From Raja brachyura (lineage: Eukaryota): a stretch of DNA of 64,000 nucleotides. Where the stretch lies: contig OY740805.1 of assembly GCA_963514005.1 (NCBI GenBank), forward strand, positions 22,878,001 to 22,942,000, written 5' to 3'. Below the pieces are notes generated by a model. That model was not told the DNA's origin, searched no databases, and saw only the letters and a list, made by a program, of their open reading frames with translations. Shown piece after piece: positions 47,950 to 60,036 of this stretch (its first letter is position 1; each line of letters begins with the position of its first letter). The position numbers and the translations under genes are program-made.

Positions 47950-49460
47950 AAGGGCAATGCTATGGTGGTCATGGGAGATTTCAATAATTGGAAATTTCCA
48001 ATGATTGGAAAATGTCCAATATTACCCAGCTGCACGTGAAGGGATCAAAGCACAAACAGTGGGAACAAAAGGCTGGTTAGTCTGACTTCTGTGCTTGGTT
48101 AGATTGCAGAATCCATTATAAATGATGAGGTTGCGACATACTTTATGGCCAAGTTCACGATAAAATAGGCCGAAGTCAGCATGGCTTTGTGAAGAGGAGG
48201 TCTTGCTTCACAAATTTGCTGGAATTATTTGAAGATGTAAGTGGCAGGACGGCAAAGGAGAGTCAGTAGATGGTGTTAACTTACATTTTCAGAAAGCCTT
48301 GGATGAGGAGCCACACGTGAGGTTTCTCGGGAAGATGAGAGCTCACCGTATCAGCGGACAAATACTAGCATGTATTGCCTGGATGACAGAGGACAAAGAG
48401 TGGCAATAAAGGGGGGCATTTTCTGGTTTGCTACCAGTGACTAGCGGATTTCCGCAGCGGTCGATGCTAGGTCCACTACTCCTCATGTTGTATATTAATG
48501 ATTTGGATGAGTGGATTGAAGGCTTTGTGGCCAAGTTTGCGGATGATACGAAAATAAATGGAAGGGCAGGTCGTGTTGAGAAAAAAGGGACTCTACAGAA
48601 ATACTTGGACAGGTTGGGGGAGTGGGCAGAGAAGTAGCAGATGACATATAATGTGGCAAAATGTCGCTTCATGCTTTTCGGTAGTAGGAATAAAAACATA
48701 GACTATTGTCTGAAAGGGGAGATAATCCAGAAATCGGAAGTGCACAGGGACACGGGAGTGTTGGTGCAGGATTCCCAAAAGGTTAATCTGCAAGTCGAAT
48801 CGGTAGTAAAGAATACATGTTCAATGCTAGCATTTATTTCAAGAGGACTTGTACACACAAACAGGGGTGTCATGCTGAGGCTCTATAAGGCACTGATAAG
48901 GTCCCAATTGTAATATTGTGAGAAGTTTTGGGCACCATATTTGAGAAAGGATGTGCTGGCTCAGGAGTGGGTCCAGAGGAGGTTTATAAGAATGATCCTA
49001 GGAATGAGCAGGTTAACCAACGAGGAGCGTTTGTCGGCACTGGGCCTGAACTCGCTGGAGTTTAGAAGAATGAAGGGGACTTCATTGGAACACACATAAT
49101 AGAGAAATGCTTGGATATAGTGGATGTAGAGTGGATGTTTCCACGAGTGAGATACTCTGGAACTAGAGGTTATAGCCTCAGAATTAAAGGACGTTCTTTT
49201 AGGAAGATGATAAGAAATGTATTTTGTCAGAGGGTGGTAAATATGTGGAATCTGTGCCACAGAAGGATGACGAGGCCAAGTCAGTGGATATTTTTAAGGC
49301 AGAGATAGATAGATATTTGATTAGTACACGTGGCAGAGGTTATGGGGAGAAGGTTGGCGAATGGGGTAGGAGGGATAGATAGATCAGCCATAATTGAATG
49401 GCGGAGAGGATTGATAGGCCGACTGGACTACTTCTACGTCAATCATCCATAACCTTATGA
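47950..49460 (+). mobile_element. Degraded CR1 ORF2 and 3' end in the GPCR intron
   Basis: VTSGFPQRSMLGPLLLMLYINDLD..KFADDTK, multiple stops. Confidence 0.85.
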
Positions 49461-50014
49461 CTTAATGAATAAGAACAGCGTTCACCATGTGGTCACTTGT
49501 AGCTGATACGTTTTCAATTATCATGTCTGAATTGTATTCTAGTTTTCTGCTTTATCCTTATTTTCCTTAATAAATACCGATCGCCAATATGTGTATATCC
49601 GTTTTGCCTACATATCATCGTTCCAGTGCTGGAGCGATTTGATGAGAAGAGCATCGCAACATCTTATAAAACATGCTCATAGAGGTAATCACATTTCTTC
49701 TTCGTGCATACTTGAAACGTATTTTACAATGAAACTTCAAAGCTATCATAGACACAAGCTGGAGTAACTCAGCGAGTCAGGCAACATCTAACCCGCGGAA
49801 TAACACCAGCTTTTTGTGTGTATCTTCGGTTTAAACAACTGCAGTTCCTTCCTGCATTTCAAATCCATCATTCCAGGGTTTCAATCTCTCTGATTGTTTC
49901 ACTCGCATTGCAAACTACGCGAGTTTGTTAGTTCCTAGACGGTAAGTTCCTTGTTTCCGTTTGCATTTTCTTTGGTAAAAGCACGAAGTCAACGAATATC
50001 AGTTTCTAACTTAC

Positions 50015-50084
50015 CTGGAATGCCAATCAGTGCGAGAATGGGATAGTAAATTTCCTCAATCTGTGGAATTATAGGTAGCTCCAT
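50015..50084 (-). CDS. GPR139-like GPCR, exon 1 (MELPIIPQIEEIYYPILALIGIP)
   Basis: ATG at 50084, G|gtaagt donor in phase 1, joins exon 2 to give IGIPGNL in TM1; total 334 aa. Confidence 0.88.
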
Positions 50085-50146
50085 TTCGTTTACTGTTGAA
50101 CTTTACGATATGATGACATATGATGGGATCTTTGCAATGAACACAA

Positions 50147-50154
50147 TTTATATA
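50147..50154 (-). promoter_or_regulatory. Candidate TATA box (TATATAAA) of the GPCR gene
   Basis: ~63 bp upstream of the ATG on -; motif match only. Confidence 0.4.
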
Positions 50155-50895
50155 TTTGAGCACTTGTAAATGAGGTCAGAGCCATTTCATTAATTTGCTG
50201 CGGCAGGTGTTCAGAATTATACCTTCAGCACGCCTGCTTGAACACGTTATCGAAACATCTATTTTTATTCCATTCCTCAGAGGGACAAATAACCCTGTTT
50301 CGCACTTCTCATGTAGTCATAGTAACCGTTAAGTCTTTAATCTCACATTTTCTTTCCTCCATAAAGTGAAATTATTGAGTCGAGCAAAGATACAAATCTA
50401 ACTTTTACTTATTTTCGCAATAATAACTGTACACAAATTGACACAATATATGCATACTGATCAATCTTTAAGAAATAATGAAAGAGGTACTGAATAAGAT
50501 AAGGTTACTGGTATATGGACGGGTGTAGATGGGGCATGTTGGTTGGAGCGGGCTAGTTGGGCCGATGGGCCTTTTTCCACGCTGTATGACCTTGTGCCTC
50601 TTTGATTGAATTAGCTTAATTTATTTTCGGAGATACACAGCTATGAGTTTTACCAGGACATGAGCCTTTTTATCTCTGTGATATCTCTGTATCTCTGTGT
50701 TTGTAACAAGCTCTTGTCTGCTGGCTCAACTATTGTCTACTGATGGTGTTCTGAGATACCTTTTCTACTCTAACTCTCCTGGTGTCAATGAAGAACTTTT
50801 GGTGAATTTAAAAAGCAAGGTAAAACAACTTTAGCACTTTAGCATTAAAAACAACTAATTACTGGACTACCTTCTACCTGCTACAATTTTATTGA

Positions 50896-51642
50896 GTGGA
50901 AAAGACTACTGCTCTTACAATGGGCGAGCCAATTGCCCTCCAAAGTGTCTTGAATAACATGCAGCAAATGCAGCTCAACATGATATTACACATGGACAAC
51001 AAAATTTCTCGTATTGGAGCAAGTCTGACTAACATCGAAGGCTCACTTCGAACGCTTGTAGAGCAAGTAATGGAGCTTGAGCAAAGAGTTAGCTCCAACG
51101 AGGATAATATAATAGACATGGCTGGACGTGTAAAATCACTTGAAAAAGAAAACGCTGATCTGAAAATTTGGGCAGATGATGCTGAGAACAGAAACAGACG
51201 TTCCAACCTACGTTTCGCCGGTATACCCGAGAGGGTCGAGTCCAAAGATATCACCGGATTCGTGGGCTGTCTGACACCGCAGCTCCTCGGTGAAGCGAAT
51301 TTTCCCACTCCTCTTGTGATTGAGTGCTGTCACGGCACCGGTCGCAAGGATAACTCCAGAGCCAAGGGTCCGAGGCCGATCCTGGTGAAGTTCCATTATT
51401 TCCAGGATAAGCCGAGGATAGTGAAGCTCTCCCGGGAGAAAAATGTGCCCCTTGAGTACAACGGAGCTCGGATTTATATCTACCCGGACTTCAGCGCTGG
51501 TCTTGTCCAGAGACGTCGGGAGTATGATGTGGCTAACAAGAAGCTATGCCACCGTGACATCAAATATGCATTGCTCTTTCCCTGCACACTGCGAGTTGTC
51601 CACGCTGGCAAGACACAGTTCTTTTGCACTCCTGATGGTTGA
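50896..51642 (+). pseudogene. L1-type ORF1p (coiled coil + RRM + CTD, Transposase_22-like)
   Basis: LEQRVS..LEKEN..ENRNRRSNLRFAGIPE..PRPILVKF..IYPDFS..YALLFP. Confidence 0.8.
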
Positions 51643-53718
51643 GAGCACTGTTGAAGTTGAAGTAAGCTCTCCTCCACTAACCCCTCCATGGACTCTGATA
51701 TAACAGCCTAATGTTGGTGGCCAGTGGCTGGTGATAGCGTTAGCAATATAATGTTGTCTGCCGATGAACACTGTGTTTAGCTGTTTCTGTTGTATTTGTT
51801 CTATAATTTTCTTATTCAACTTTTGACTTCGATACAATGATGCCTGCTTTACTACTATCTGCCGTAAAAAGCGTCACAATGGACGTAAAACGTCGTAACA
51901 TTAAGAGTTGAGTTTTCTTTTTCCTTTCCTATACGAAAAGTAAAGGGTTGTTTCAATGGTAAAAGATTGGTCCCTATAAACAATTGGTTATATTCAATTA
52001 CCAATTATTTGAATATTGAAATTTGATAAATTGACAATTGAAGGCAAATGAAGTTTAATCTAGATTTTCTCTCTTTTTATTTTTATTTTTATTAACCATA
52101 TGCGATAGAATTTTGCTATTTTGGGCTTCATAATGCCCAATTAATTTAATTTAATTTAAACATAAATGGTCCAGGATATCATACTTTGATCTATTTGCAT
52201 AAATATGAGCTATGCAGACTGTGTGTATGCTCGCTTTTTTTTTTTTTCTTTCTCTCTCTCTCTCTCAATGACGCAGCCTGATCTTGTGTGCTTTGTCTGT
52301 CCTGTCTTCTATGTGTGTGTGTTTGTGTAAATCTGTGCATGTAGCTCTCTTGTCCCCTTCCTTATGCTATTCCCCTGACCCCAACATTATCTACACCCAA
52401 TTGATCCACAATTGATACAGCTAAAGGCCTAAAAATCATCCATTTGAACATTAGGAGCCTTCTTCCAAAGATTGATTTAATTAGAGTTTGGATTGCACAG
52501 AATAAACCTGACATAATAACATTTTCAGAAACATGGTTACGTAGTGAAATTTGTGACAATGATATTCATATTGATAATTTTGCATTATATAGAGCAGATA
52601 GGCCTACGAGAGCTGGAGGTGTGGCTTGTTATGTGTCAACTCGCTTTATATCTGAATCTGCCATTCCTAAAGTAACCTCATCTCTCTTTGAAAGCCTTTT
52701 CATTAGGTTAAAGCTTCATGAGAATAAACATCTAATCATCGGCACTATCTATCGATCCCCCCCCCCCCTGTTCATCCTAACTCAACAAAGTCCCTAATTT
52801 CCACTCTCACCTCTATTGAACACCCATGTGAATTAGTGCTTCTTGATGACTTCAATAAAAACTGGCTCGATTGCTCCTCTCCTAACGACAAAAACTTGCT
52901 TTAAAGTATAAACCTGACCCAGTTAATGAACGAACCTAACAGAGTTCATGGCAATTCTACATCACTATTAGATTGGATTATTGTTACCAATCCTGACCGA
53001 ATCTTAACATCTGGCGTTTTGTCAGATTGCTTTAGCGATCATTCTGCTATCTTCTGTGTGTGGAAGATTAAACCTTCCCATCTTCCTCCTAAACTTATTC
53101 GTGTCCGACAATTTAGAAAATTGAATTATGATAATTATATGCATGACCCGATTGCAATAAACTGGGACAGGTTTCAACTTATACCAACTGTTGAGGATGC
53201 CTGGAACTATTTGTACACTGAAGTCACAAGAGTTATCGATAAGCATGTCCCCTGGAGAGAAATAAAAGTCAAGGGATAACATTTACCATGGATTAGCGCT
53301 GATTTGATCAACCTTTTTAATGAGCGAGATAAAGTCTGGAAGACTTTCAGGGAAATTCAGGGCTGATTGGGAAAAATATAGGTCCTTAAGGAATCAGTGT
53401 GCGACAAGAACACGAAATGCTAAGTCAAGTCATTTTAAAAACATCTTTCTGTAGACATGCATAATCCAAAAAAGTTCTGGAAAAGACTAAATAATGTTCT
53501 TAATAAATCAAATCAAAATATCAGCACTCAGATTCGGGTCAATAATGATATAATTTAGGACCCTGCTGTTACATCCAATGCTTTCAACCATCACTTCTCC
53601 ACTGTATGTAGCTCTACTGTAACCATATAACCATATAACCATATAACCATATAACAATTACAGCACGGAAACAGGCCATCTCGGCCCTTCAAGTCCGTGC
53701 CGAACAACTTTTTTTCCC

Positions 53719-56640
53719 TTAGTCCCACCTGCCTGCACTCATACCATAACCCTCCATACCCTTCTCATCCATATGCCTATCCAATTTATTTTTAAATGAT
53801 ACCAACGAACCTGCCGCCACCACTTCCACTGGAAGCTCATTCCACACCGCTACCACCCTCTGAGTAAAGAAGTTCCCCCTCATGTTACCCCTAAACCTCT
53901 GCCCCTTAATTCTAAAGTCATGTCCTCGTGTTTGAATCTTCCCTATTCTCAAAGGGAAAAGCTTGTCCACATTAACTCTGTCTATCCCTCTCATCATTTT
54001 AAAGACCTCTATCAAGTCCCCCCTTAACCTTCTGCGCTCCAGAGAATAAAGACCTAACTTATTTAACCTATCTCTGTAACTTAGCTGTTGAAACCCAGGC
54101 AACATTCTAGTAAATCTCCTCTGTACCCTCTCTATTTTGTTGACATCCTTCCTATAATTGGGCGACCAAAATTGTACACCATACTCCAGATTTGGTCTCA
54201 CCAACGCCTTGTACAATTTTAACATTACATCCCAGCTTCTATACTCAATGCTCTGATTTATAAAGGCTAGCATACCAAAAGCTTTCTTTACCACCCTATC
54301 TATATGAGATTCCACCTTCGAGGAACTATGCACGGTTATTCCCAGATCCCTCTGTTCAACTGTATTCTTCAATTCCCTACCGTTTACCATGTACGTCCTA
54401 TTTTGATTTGTCCTGCCAAGGTGTAGCACCTCACATTTATCAGCATTAAACTCCATCTGCCATCTTTCAGCCCATTTTTCCAACTGGCCTAAATCACTCT
54501 GTAGACTTTGGAAATCCTCTTCATTATCCACAACACCCCCTATCTTGGTATCATCTGCATACTTACTAATCCAATTTACCACCCCTTCATCCAGATCATT
54601 GATGTACATGACAAACAACAAAGGACCCAACACAGATCCCTGAGGCACCCCACTAGTCACCTGCCTCCAACCCGACAAACAGCCATCCACCATTACTCTC
54701 TGGCTTCTCCCATTCAGCCACTGTTGAATCCATCTTGCTATTCCTGCATTTATACCCAACAGTTGAACCTTCTTAACCAACCTTCCATGAGGAACCTTGT
54801 CAAAGGCCTTACTGAAGTCCATATAGACAACATCCACAGCTTTACCCTCGTCAATTTCCCTAGTAACCTCTTCAAAAAATTCAAGAAGATTAGTCAAACA
54901 TGACCTTCCAGGCATAAATCCATGTTGACTGTTCCTGATTAGACCCTCTTTATACAGATACTTATATATATTATCTCTAAGTATCTTTTCCATTAATTTG
55001 CCCACCACTGAAGTCAAACTAACCGGTCTATAATTGCTAGGTTTACTTTTAGAACCCTTTTTAAACAATGGAACAACATGCGCAGTACGCCAATCCTCGG
55101 AGACTATTCCCGTATCTAATGACATTTGAAATATTTCTGTCATAGCCCCGGCTATTTCTACACTAACTTCCCTCAATGTCCTAGGGAATATCCTGTCAGG
55201 ACCTGGAGACTTATCCACTTTTATATTTTTCAAAAGTGCCAGTACTTATTTTACTTTGAAACTCATAGTATCCATAGCTACTCTACTAGTTTCCCTTACC
55301 GCACATAATTCAATATCCTTCTCCTTGGTGAATACCGAAGAAAAGAAATTGTTCAATATCTCCCCCATCTCTTTTGGCTCCGCAGATAGCTGTCCACTCG
55401 GTCTCTCCAATGGACCAATTTTATCCCTTGTTATCCTTTTGCTATTAATATAGCTGTAGAAACCCTTTGGATTTACTTTCACCTTACTTGCCAAAGCAAC
55501 CTCATATCTTCTTTTAGCTTTTCTAATTTCTTTCTTAAGATTCTTTTTACATTCCTTATACTCCTCAAGCACCTCATTTACTTCATGCTGCTTATAATTA
55601 TTGTAGATCTCCCTCTTTTTCGGAACAAGATGTCCAATTTCCCTTGAAAACCAGGGCTCTTTCCAATTTTTACTGGTTCCTTTCAACCGAACAGGAACAT
55701 AAAGATTTTGTACTCTTAAACTTTCCCCTTTAAATGTCCCCCATTTCTCCTCTACATCTTTCCCATAAAACAAAATGTCCCAGTTCACTCCTTTTAAATC
55801 ATCTCGCATCTCGTTAAAGTTAGCCTTTCTCCAATCAAAAATCTCAACCCTAGGCCCAGTTCTGTCCTTCTCCATAATTATATTGAAACTAATGGTATTG
55901 TGATCACTGGACCCGAAGTGCTCCCCTACGCATACCTCCGCCACCTGTCCCGTCTCATTTCCTAACAGGAGGTCCAGCACTGCCCCGCCTCTAGTAGGCA
56001 CCTCTATGTATTGCTGCAAAAAACTATCCTGCACACATTTTACAAACTCCAAACCATCCAGCCCATTTACAGAATGTGTTTCCCAGTCTATGTGTGGAAA
56101 GTTGAAATCTCCCACAATCGCTACCTTGTGCTTACTACTAATATCTGCTATCTCGTTACATATTTGCTCTTCCAATTCTCGTTCCCCATTTGGCGGTCTA
56201 TAATATACCCCTATAAGTGTTGCTACACCTTTCCCACTTCTAAGTTCCACCCAAATAGCCTCCCTAGATGAGCCCTCCAATCTATCCTGCCAAAGCACTG
56301 CTGTAATATCTTCCCTGACGAGCAATGCAACACCTCCACCTCTTGCCCCTCCAATTCTATCACACCTGAAGCAACGAAATCCTGGAATATTTAGTTTCCA
56401 ATCACAGCCCTCCTGCAACCATGTTTCACTGATCGCCACAACATCATACTTCCAGGTGTCTATCCAGACTCTAAGCTCATCCACCTTTTTGACAATGCTC
56501 CTAGCATTAAAATATGCACATGTAAGAAACCCCCCATCTCTTGTTCTCTGTTTATTTCCTTTTTTTTCTTTCTCCTCTTGTGTCCGAGTGCTTCCCTTTT
56601 CTGCTTCCTGCCTCCCATTCTGTCTACTAGCTTTTGCTAT
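53719..56640 (-). pseudogene. CR1 ORF2 (APE+RT) with one in-frame TAA at 55246-55248
   Basis: FNARS, SETW, GDFN, SDH; SPGPD, DFSKAFD, PQGSVLGP, YADD; ORFs 55246-56829 and 53719-55233 share a frame. Confidence 0.9.
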
Positions 56641-57546
56641 TTGCATCCCCGCCAGGATATTGGTCCCCCTCGGGTTCAAGTGCAACCCATCCTTTCTGTA
56701 CAGGTCCCACCTACCCCAAAAGAAGTCCCAATGATCCAGAAACTTGAATCCCTGCCTTCTGCACCAGTCTTTCAGCCAAGCATTTATCCTCCACCTTGCT
56801 CCATTTCTACTCTCACTGTCACGTGGCACAGGCAGTAATCCTGAGATTGTTACCTATTTGGTCCTTTTCCTCAACTCTCCTCCCAAGTCCTTAAATCCTC
56901 CCTTCAGGACCTCTTCCCTTTTTTACCTATGTCATTGATACCTATATGTACCACGACCTCAGGCTCCTCTCCCTCTGATTTGAGGATATCTTGGACACGT
57001 TTAGACACGTCCAAGACCTTGGCACCAGGGAGGCAGACCACCATCCTGGTCTCCCGACTGCGTCCACAGAATCGCCTATCCGACCCCCTAACAATAGAGT
57101 CCCCAATTACTATTGCCCTCCTCTTTTTTTCCCTACCTTTCGGAGCAACAGGGCCGGTCTCTGTGCTGAAGGCCCGTCCGCTGTCGCTACCCCCGGGTAG
57201 GCTGTCACCCCCATCCGTACTCAAACAGGAGTACTTATTTGCCAGGTGTACTGACATTGGAGTACTCACTCGTTCATGCCTCTGCCCCTTGCCCTTCCTT
57301 AGCGTGACCCACATGTCTCTCTCCTGTGGTTTTTGGAGTGACCACCTCCCTATAACTCTCCTCTATCACCTTTTCACTCTCCCTGACCAGGCAGAGGTCA
57401 TCGAGCTGCTGCTCCAGGATCCTAATACGGTCCCTTAGGAGCCCCATCTCTCTGCACCTGATGCAGATGTGGACGTCAAGAGGGCCATCCGACACCATGA
57501 CCTCCCACATCTGACATGCAGTACAGTACACTGCTCCGGCTGACAT
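56641..57546 (-). pseudogene. CR1 ORF1 (Zn finger, coiled coil, SGNH esterase), frameshifted
   Basis: MSAGAVYCTACQMWEV..CIRC, IGDS, HIGIND, DGLH across three ORF pieces. Confidence 0.85.
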
Positions 57547-57677
57547 TCTCTCGCCTTACCCTGGATCGCTATCAGTATAATATAATGGAAACTCCTGTGA
57601 GAAATCAGCAGGTATCTGACTCAAACAGCTGCTCCCTCTTGGCCCCTAACCTACACCTTTATTATACAAACCAAAAA

Positions 57678-57823
57678 CACTGTACCTTTACTAACCCCCT
57701 GTACCTTTACTAACCCACTGTACCTTTACTAACCCCCTGTACCTTTACTAACCCACTGTACCTTTACTAACCCACTGTACCTTTACTAACCCCCTGTACC
57801 TTTACTAACCCACTGTACCTTTA
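57678..57823. repeat. 19-bp tandem repeat (~7.5 copies) in CR1 5' UTR
   Basis: tgtacctttactaaccc(c/a)c units at 57681, 57700, 57719, 57738, 57757, 57776, 57795 and 57814. Confidence 0.92.
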
Positions 57824-57960
57824 ACCAGAAAGCAGAACTACTAACCAGAGGCTCCACCCAATCAGCTGCTTCCTCTAGTCTGCTTCCCCCAATCAGTGTC
57901 TTCCACCAGAAACCTCCCTATTCAGAATGGAATGTTCCGGATTTATGTAAAAACAAGCCC

Positions 57961-59275
57961 CTGACCCTCCTCCACTCGCACCAACGGTCACGGGCATCTG
58001 CCTGAACAAGCCCCGCGCTGGATTTATCTACTCACCGCCCCTGACCCTCCTCCACCCGCTCCAACGGTCCCGGGCCTCTGCCTGAACAAGCCCCGCGCTG
58101 GATTTATCTACTCACCGCCCCTCACCCTCCTCCACTCGCTCCAACGGTCCCGGGCCTCTGCCTGAACAAGCCCCGCGCTGGGTTTATGTACTCACCGCTC
58201 CTGACCCTCCTCCACTCGCACCAACGGTCCCGGGCCTCTGCCTGAACAAGCCCCGCGCTGGGTTTATGTACTCACCGCTCCTGACCCTCCTCCAATCGCA
58301 CCAACGGTCCCGGGCCTCTGCCTGAACCAGCCCCGCGCTGGGTTTATGTACTCACCGCTCCTGAACCTCCTCCACTCGCTCCAACGGTCCCGGGCCTCTG
58401 CCTGAACAAGCCCCGCGCTGGGTTTATGTACTCACCGCTCCTGACCCTCCTCCACTCGCACCAACGGTCACGGGCCTCTGCCTGAACAAGCCCCGCGCTG
58501 GATTTATCTACTCACCGCCCCTGACCCTCCTCCACTCGCTCCAACGGTCCCGGGCCTCTGCCTGAACAAGCCCCGCGCTGGATTTATCTACTCACCGCCC
58601 CTGACCCTCCTCCACTCGCTCCAACGGTCCCGGGCCTCTGCCTGAACAAGCCCCGCGCTGGGTTTATGTACTCACCGCTCCTGACCCTCCTCCACTCGCT
58701 CCAACGGTCCCGGGCCTCTGCCTGAACAAGCCCCGCGCTGGGTTTATGTACTCACCGCTCCTGACCCTCCTCCACTCGCACCAACGGTCCCGGGCCTCTG
58801 CCTGAACCAGCCCCGCGCTGGGTTTATGTACTCACCGCTCCTGACCCTCCTCCACTCGCTCCAACGGTCCCGGGCCTCTGCCTGAACAAGCCCCGCGCTG
58901 GGTTTATGTACTCACCGCTCCTGACCCTCCTCCACTCGCACCAACGGTCACGGGCCTCTGCCTGAACAAGCCCCGCGCTGGATTTATCTACTCACCGCCC
59001 CTGAGCCTCCTCCACTCGCTCCAACGGTCCCGGGCCTCTGCCTGAACAAGCCCCGCGCTGGATTTATCTACTCACCGCCCCTGACCCTCCTCCACTCGCT
59101 CCAACGGTCCCGGGCCTCTGCCTGAACAAGCCCCGCGCTGGGTTTATGTACTCACCGCTCCTGACCCTCCTCCACTCGCACCAACGGCCCCGGGCCTCTG
59201 CCTGAACAAGCCCCGCGCTGGGTTTATGTACTCACCGCTCCTGACCCTCCTCCACTCGCACCAACGGTCCCGGGC
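57961..59275. repeat. 80-bp tandem array (16.4 copies) with 6-monomer (480-bp) higher-order structure
   Basis: Units every 80 bp from 57961; diagnostic variants recur at units 1/7/13, 2/8/14 and 5/11. Confidence 0.95.
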
Positions 59276-60036
59276 CTGTATTTGACTCCTTTATTATATG
59301 TGACTTTCCAGCTAGCTCTACACGTAGAAGCTTTTTTTCTTTTCAAAAAATAGAACCTGTTGACGTTCAACATGCTATTAATGAATTAAAGGATGAATGT
59401 GGATCTGGACCAGTTGGTATTGAGACTAAATTAATTAAATTAGGAGCTAATATTCTAATGTACCCACTATGCGACCTGTTTAATTTGTCCTTCTCAACTT
59501 GTACCCTCCCTTCCGCATGGAAGTGTGCCAACGATTAACTAGAAAGTTAATAGGTCCCTTGAAATGTAAAATGATAATTTGGAGATAATATGTCCCTTTA
59601 TGTGAGAGCGACCTTAAGGTGGATAAGTCCCTGGGACTGACCAAGCGTATCCTAGCTGCCTATCCATTAAGCTGCCTTCACCGGGTTGGTTTACGATAGC
59701 ATATTCCCTCTCCATTTAGGTTCACCTTTTAGGCTAACTTTTCCCATGGTTTTGTGATTTGTGGAGATTCTCCTTCTTTTGAGGAAAATATTAAACAATC
59801 ACTAACTCAGTGACAAGTTCACAGAGACGGTTTCCCAAGGAGTTGGCAGGCAGTACTGAGATCGTGAATATTGTGCGGGAGGTCGGGTAGTTTGGGAGCA
59901 ACGGCAACACAGAGCTGGTGCAGGAGGAACATTTTCCCAGTTGTGAATAACTGGTAAATTGGACTTTTCTTTCGGAAATGTCACCCACCATTTCGTGTCC
60001 GCATTTGTACCGCCAAAATATAGTGTAACTGCTCAC

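Larger units (their letters stand above)
53622..59275 (-). mobile_element. Full-length CR1 LINE (second family) with tandem-repeat 5' end
   Basis: (CCATATAA)4 tail at 53623-53655, ORF2, ORF1, two 5' arrays; TSD CTGTA at 53617-53621 and 59276-59280; the interrupted host ORF resumes after it. Confidence 0.92.
52400..59530 (+). mobile_element. Older LINE ORF2 (L2/Crack-like APE and RT start), split by the CR1 at 53622-59275
   Basis: HLNIRSL, SETWL, GGVACYV, SDH in 52400-53621; continues after 59280 with FSFQKI..SGPVGI..LFNLSF..PSAWKCA, then truncated. Confidence 0.8.

Noticed and set aside
57678-57823. Repeated TACTAAC branch-point or CTAACCC telomere-like motif
   Set aside because: TACTAAC is antisense to the element with no plus-strand exon nearby, and the unit is not a (TTAGGG)n repeat; likely coincidental
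57961-59275. 80-bp array as a CRISPR array
   Set aside because: No unique spacers, vertebrate context, and it lies within a LINE TSD
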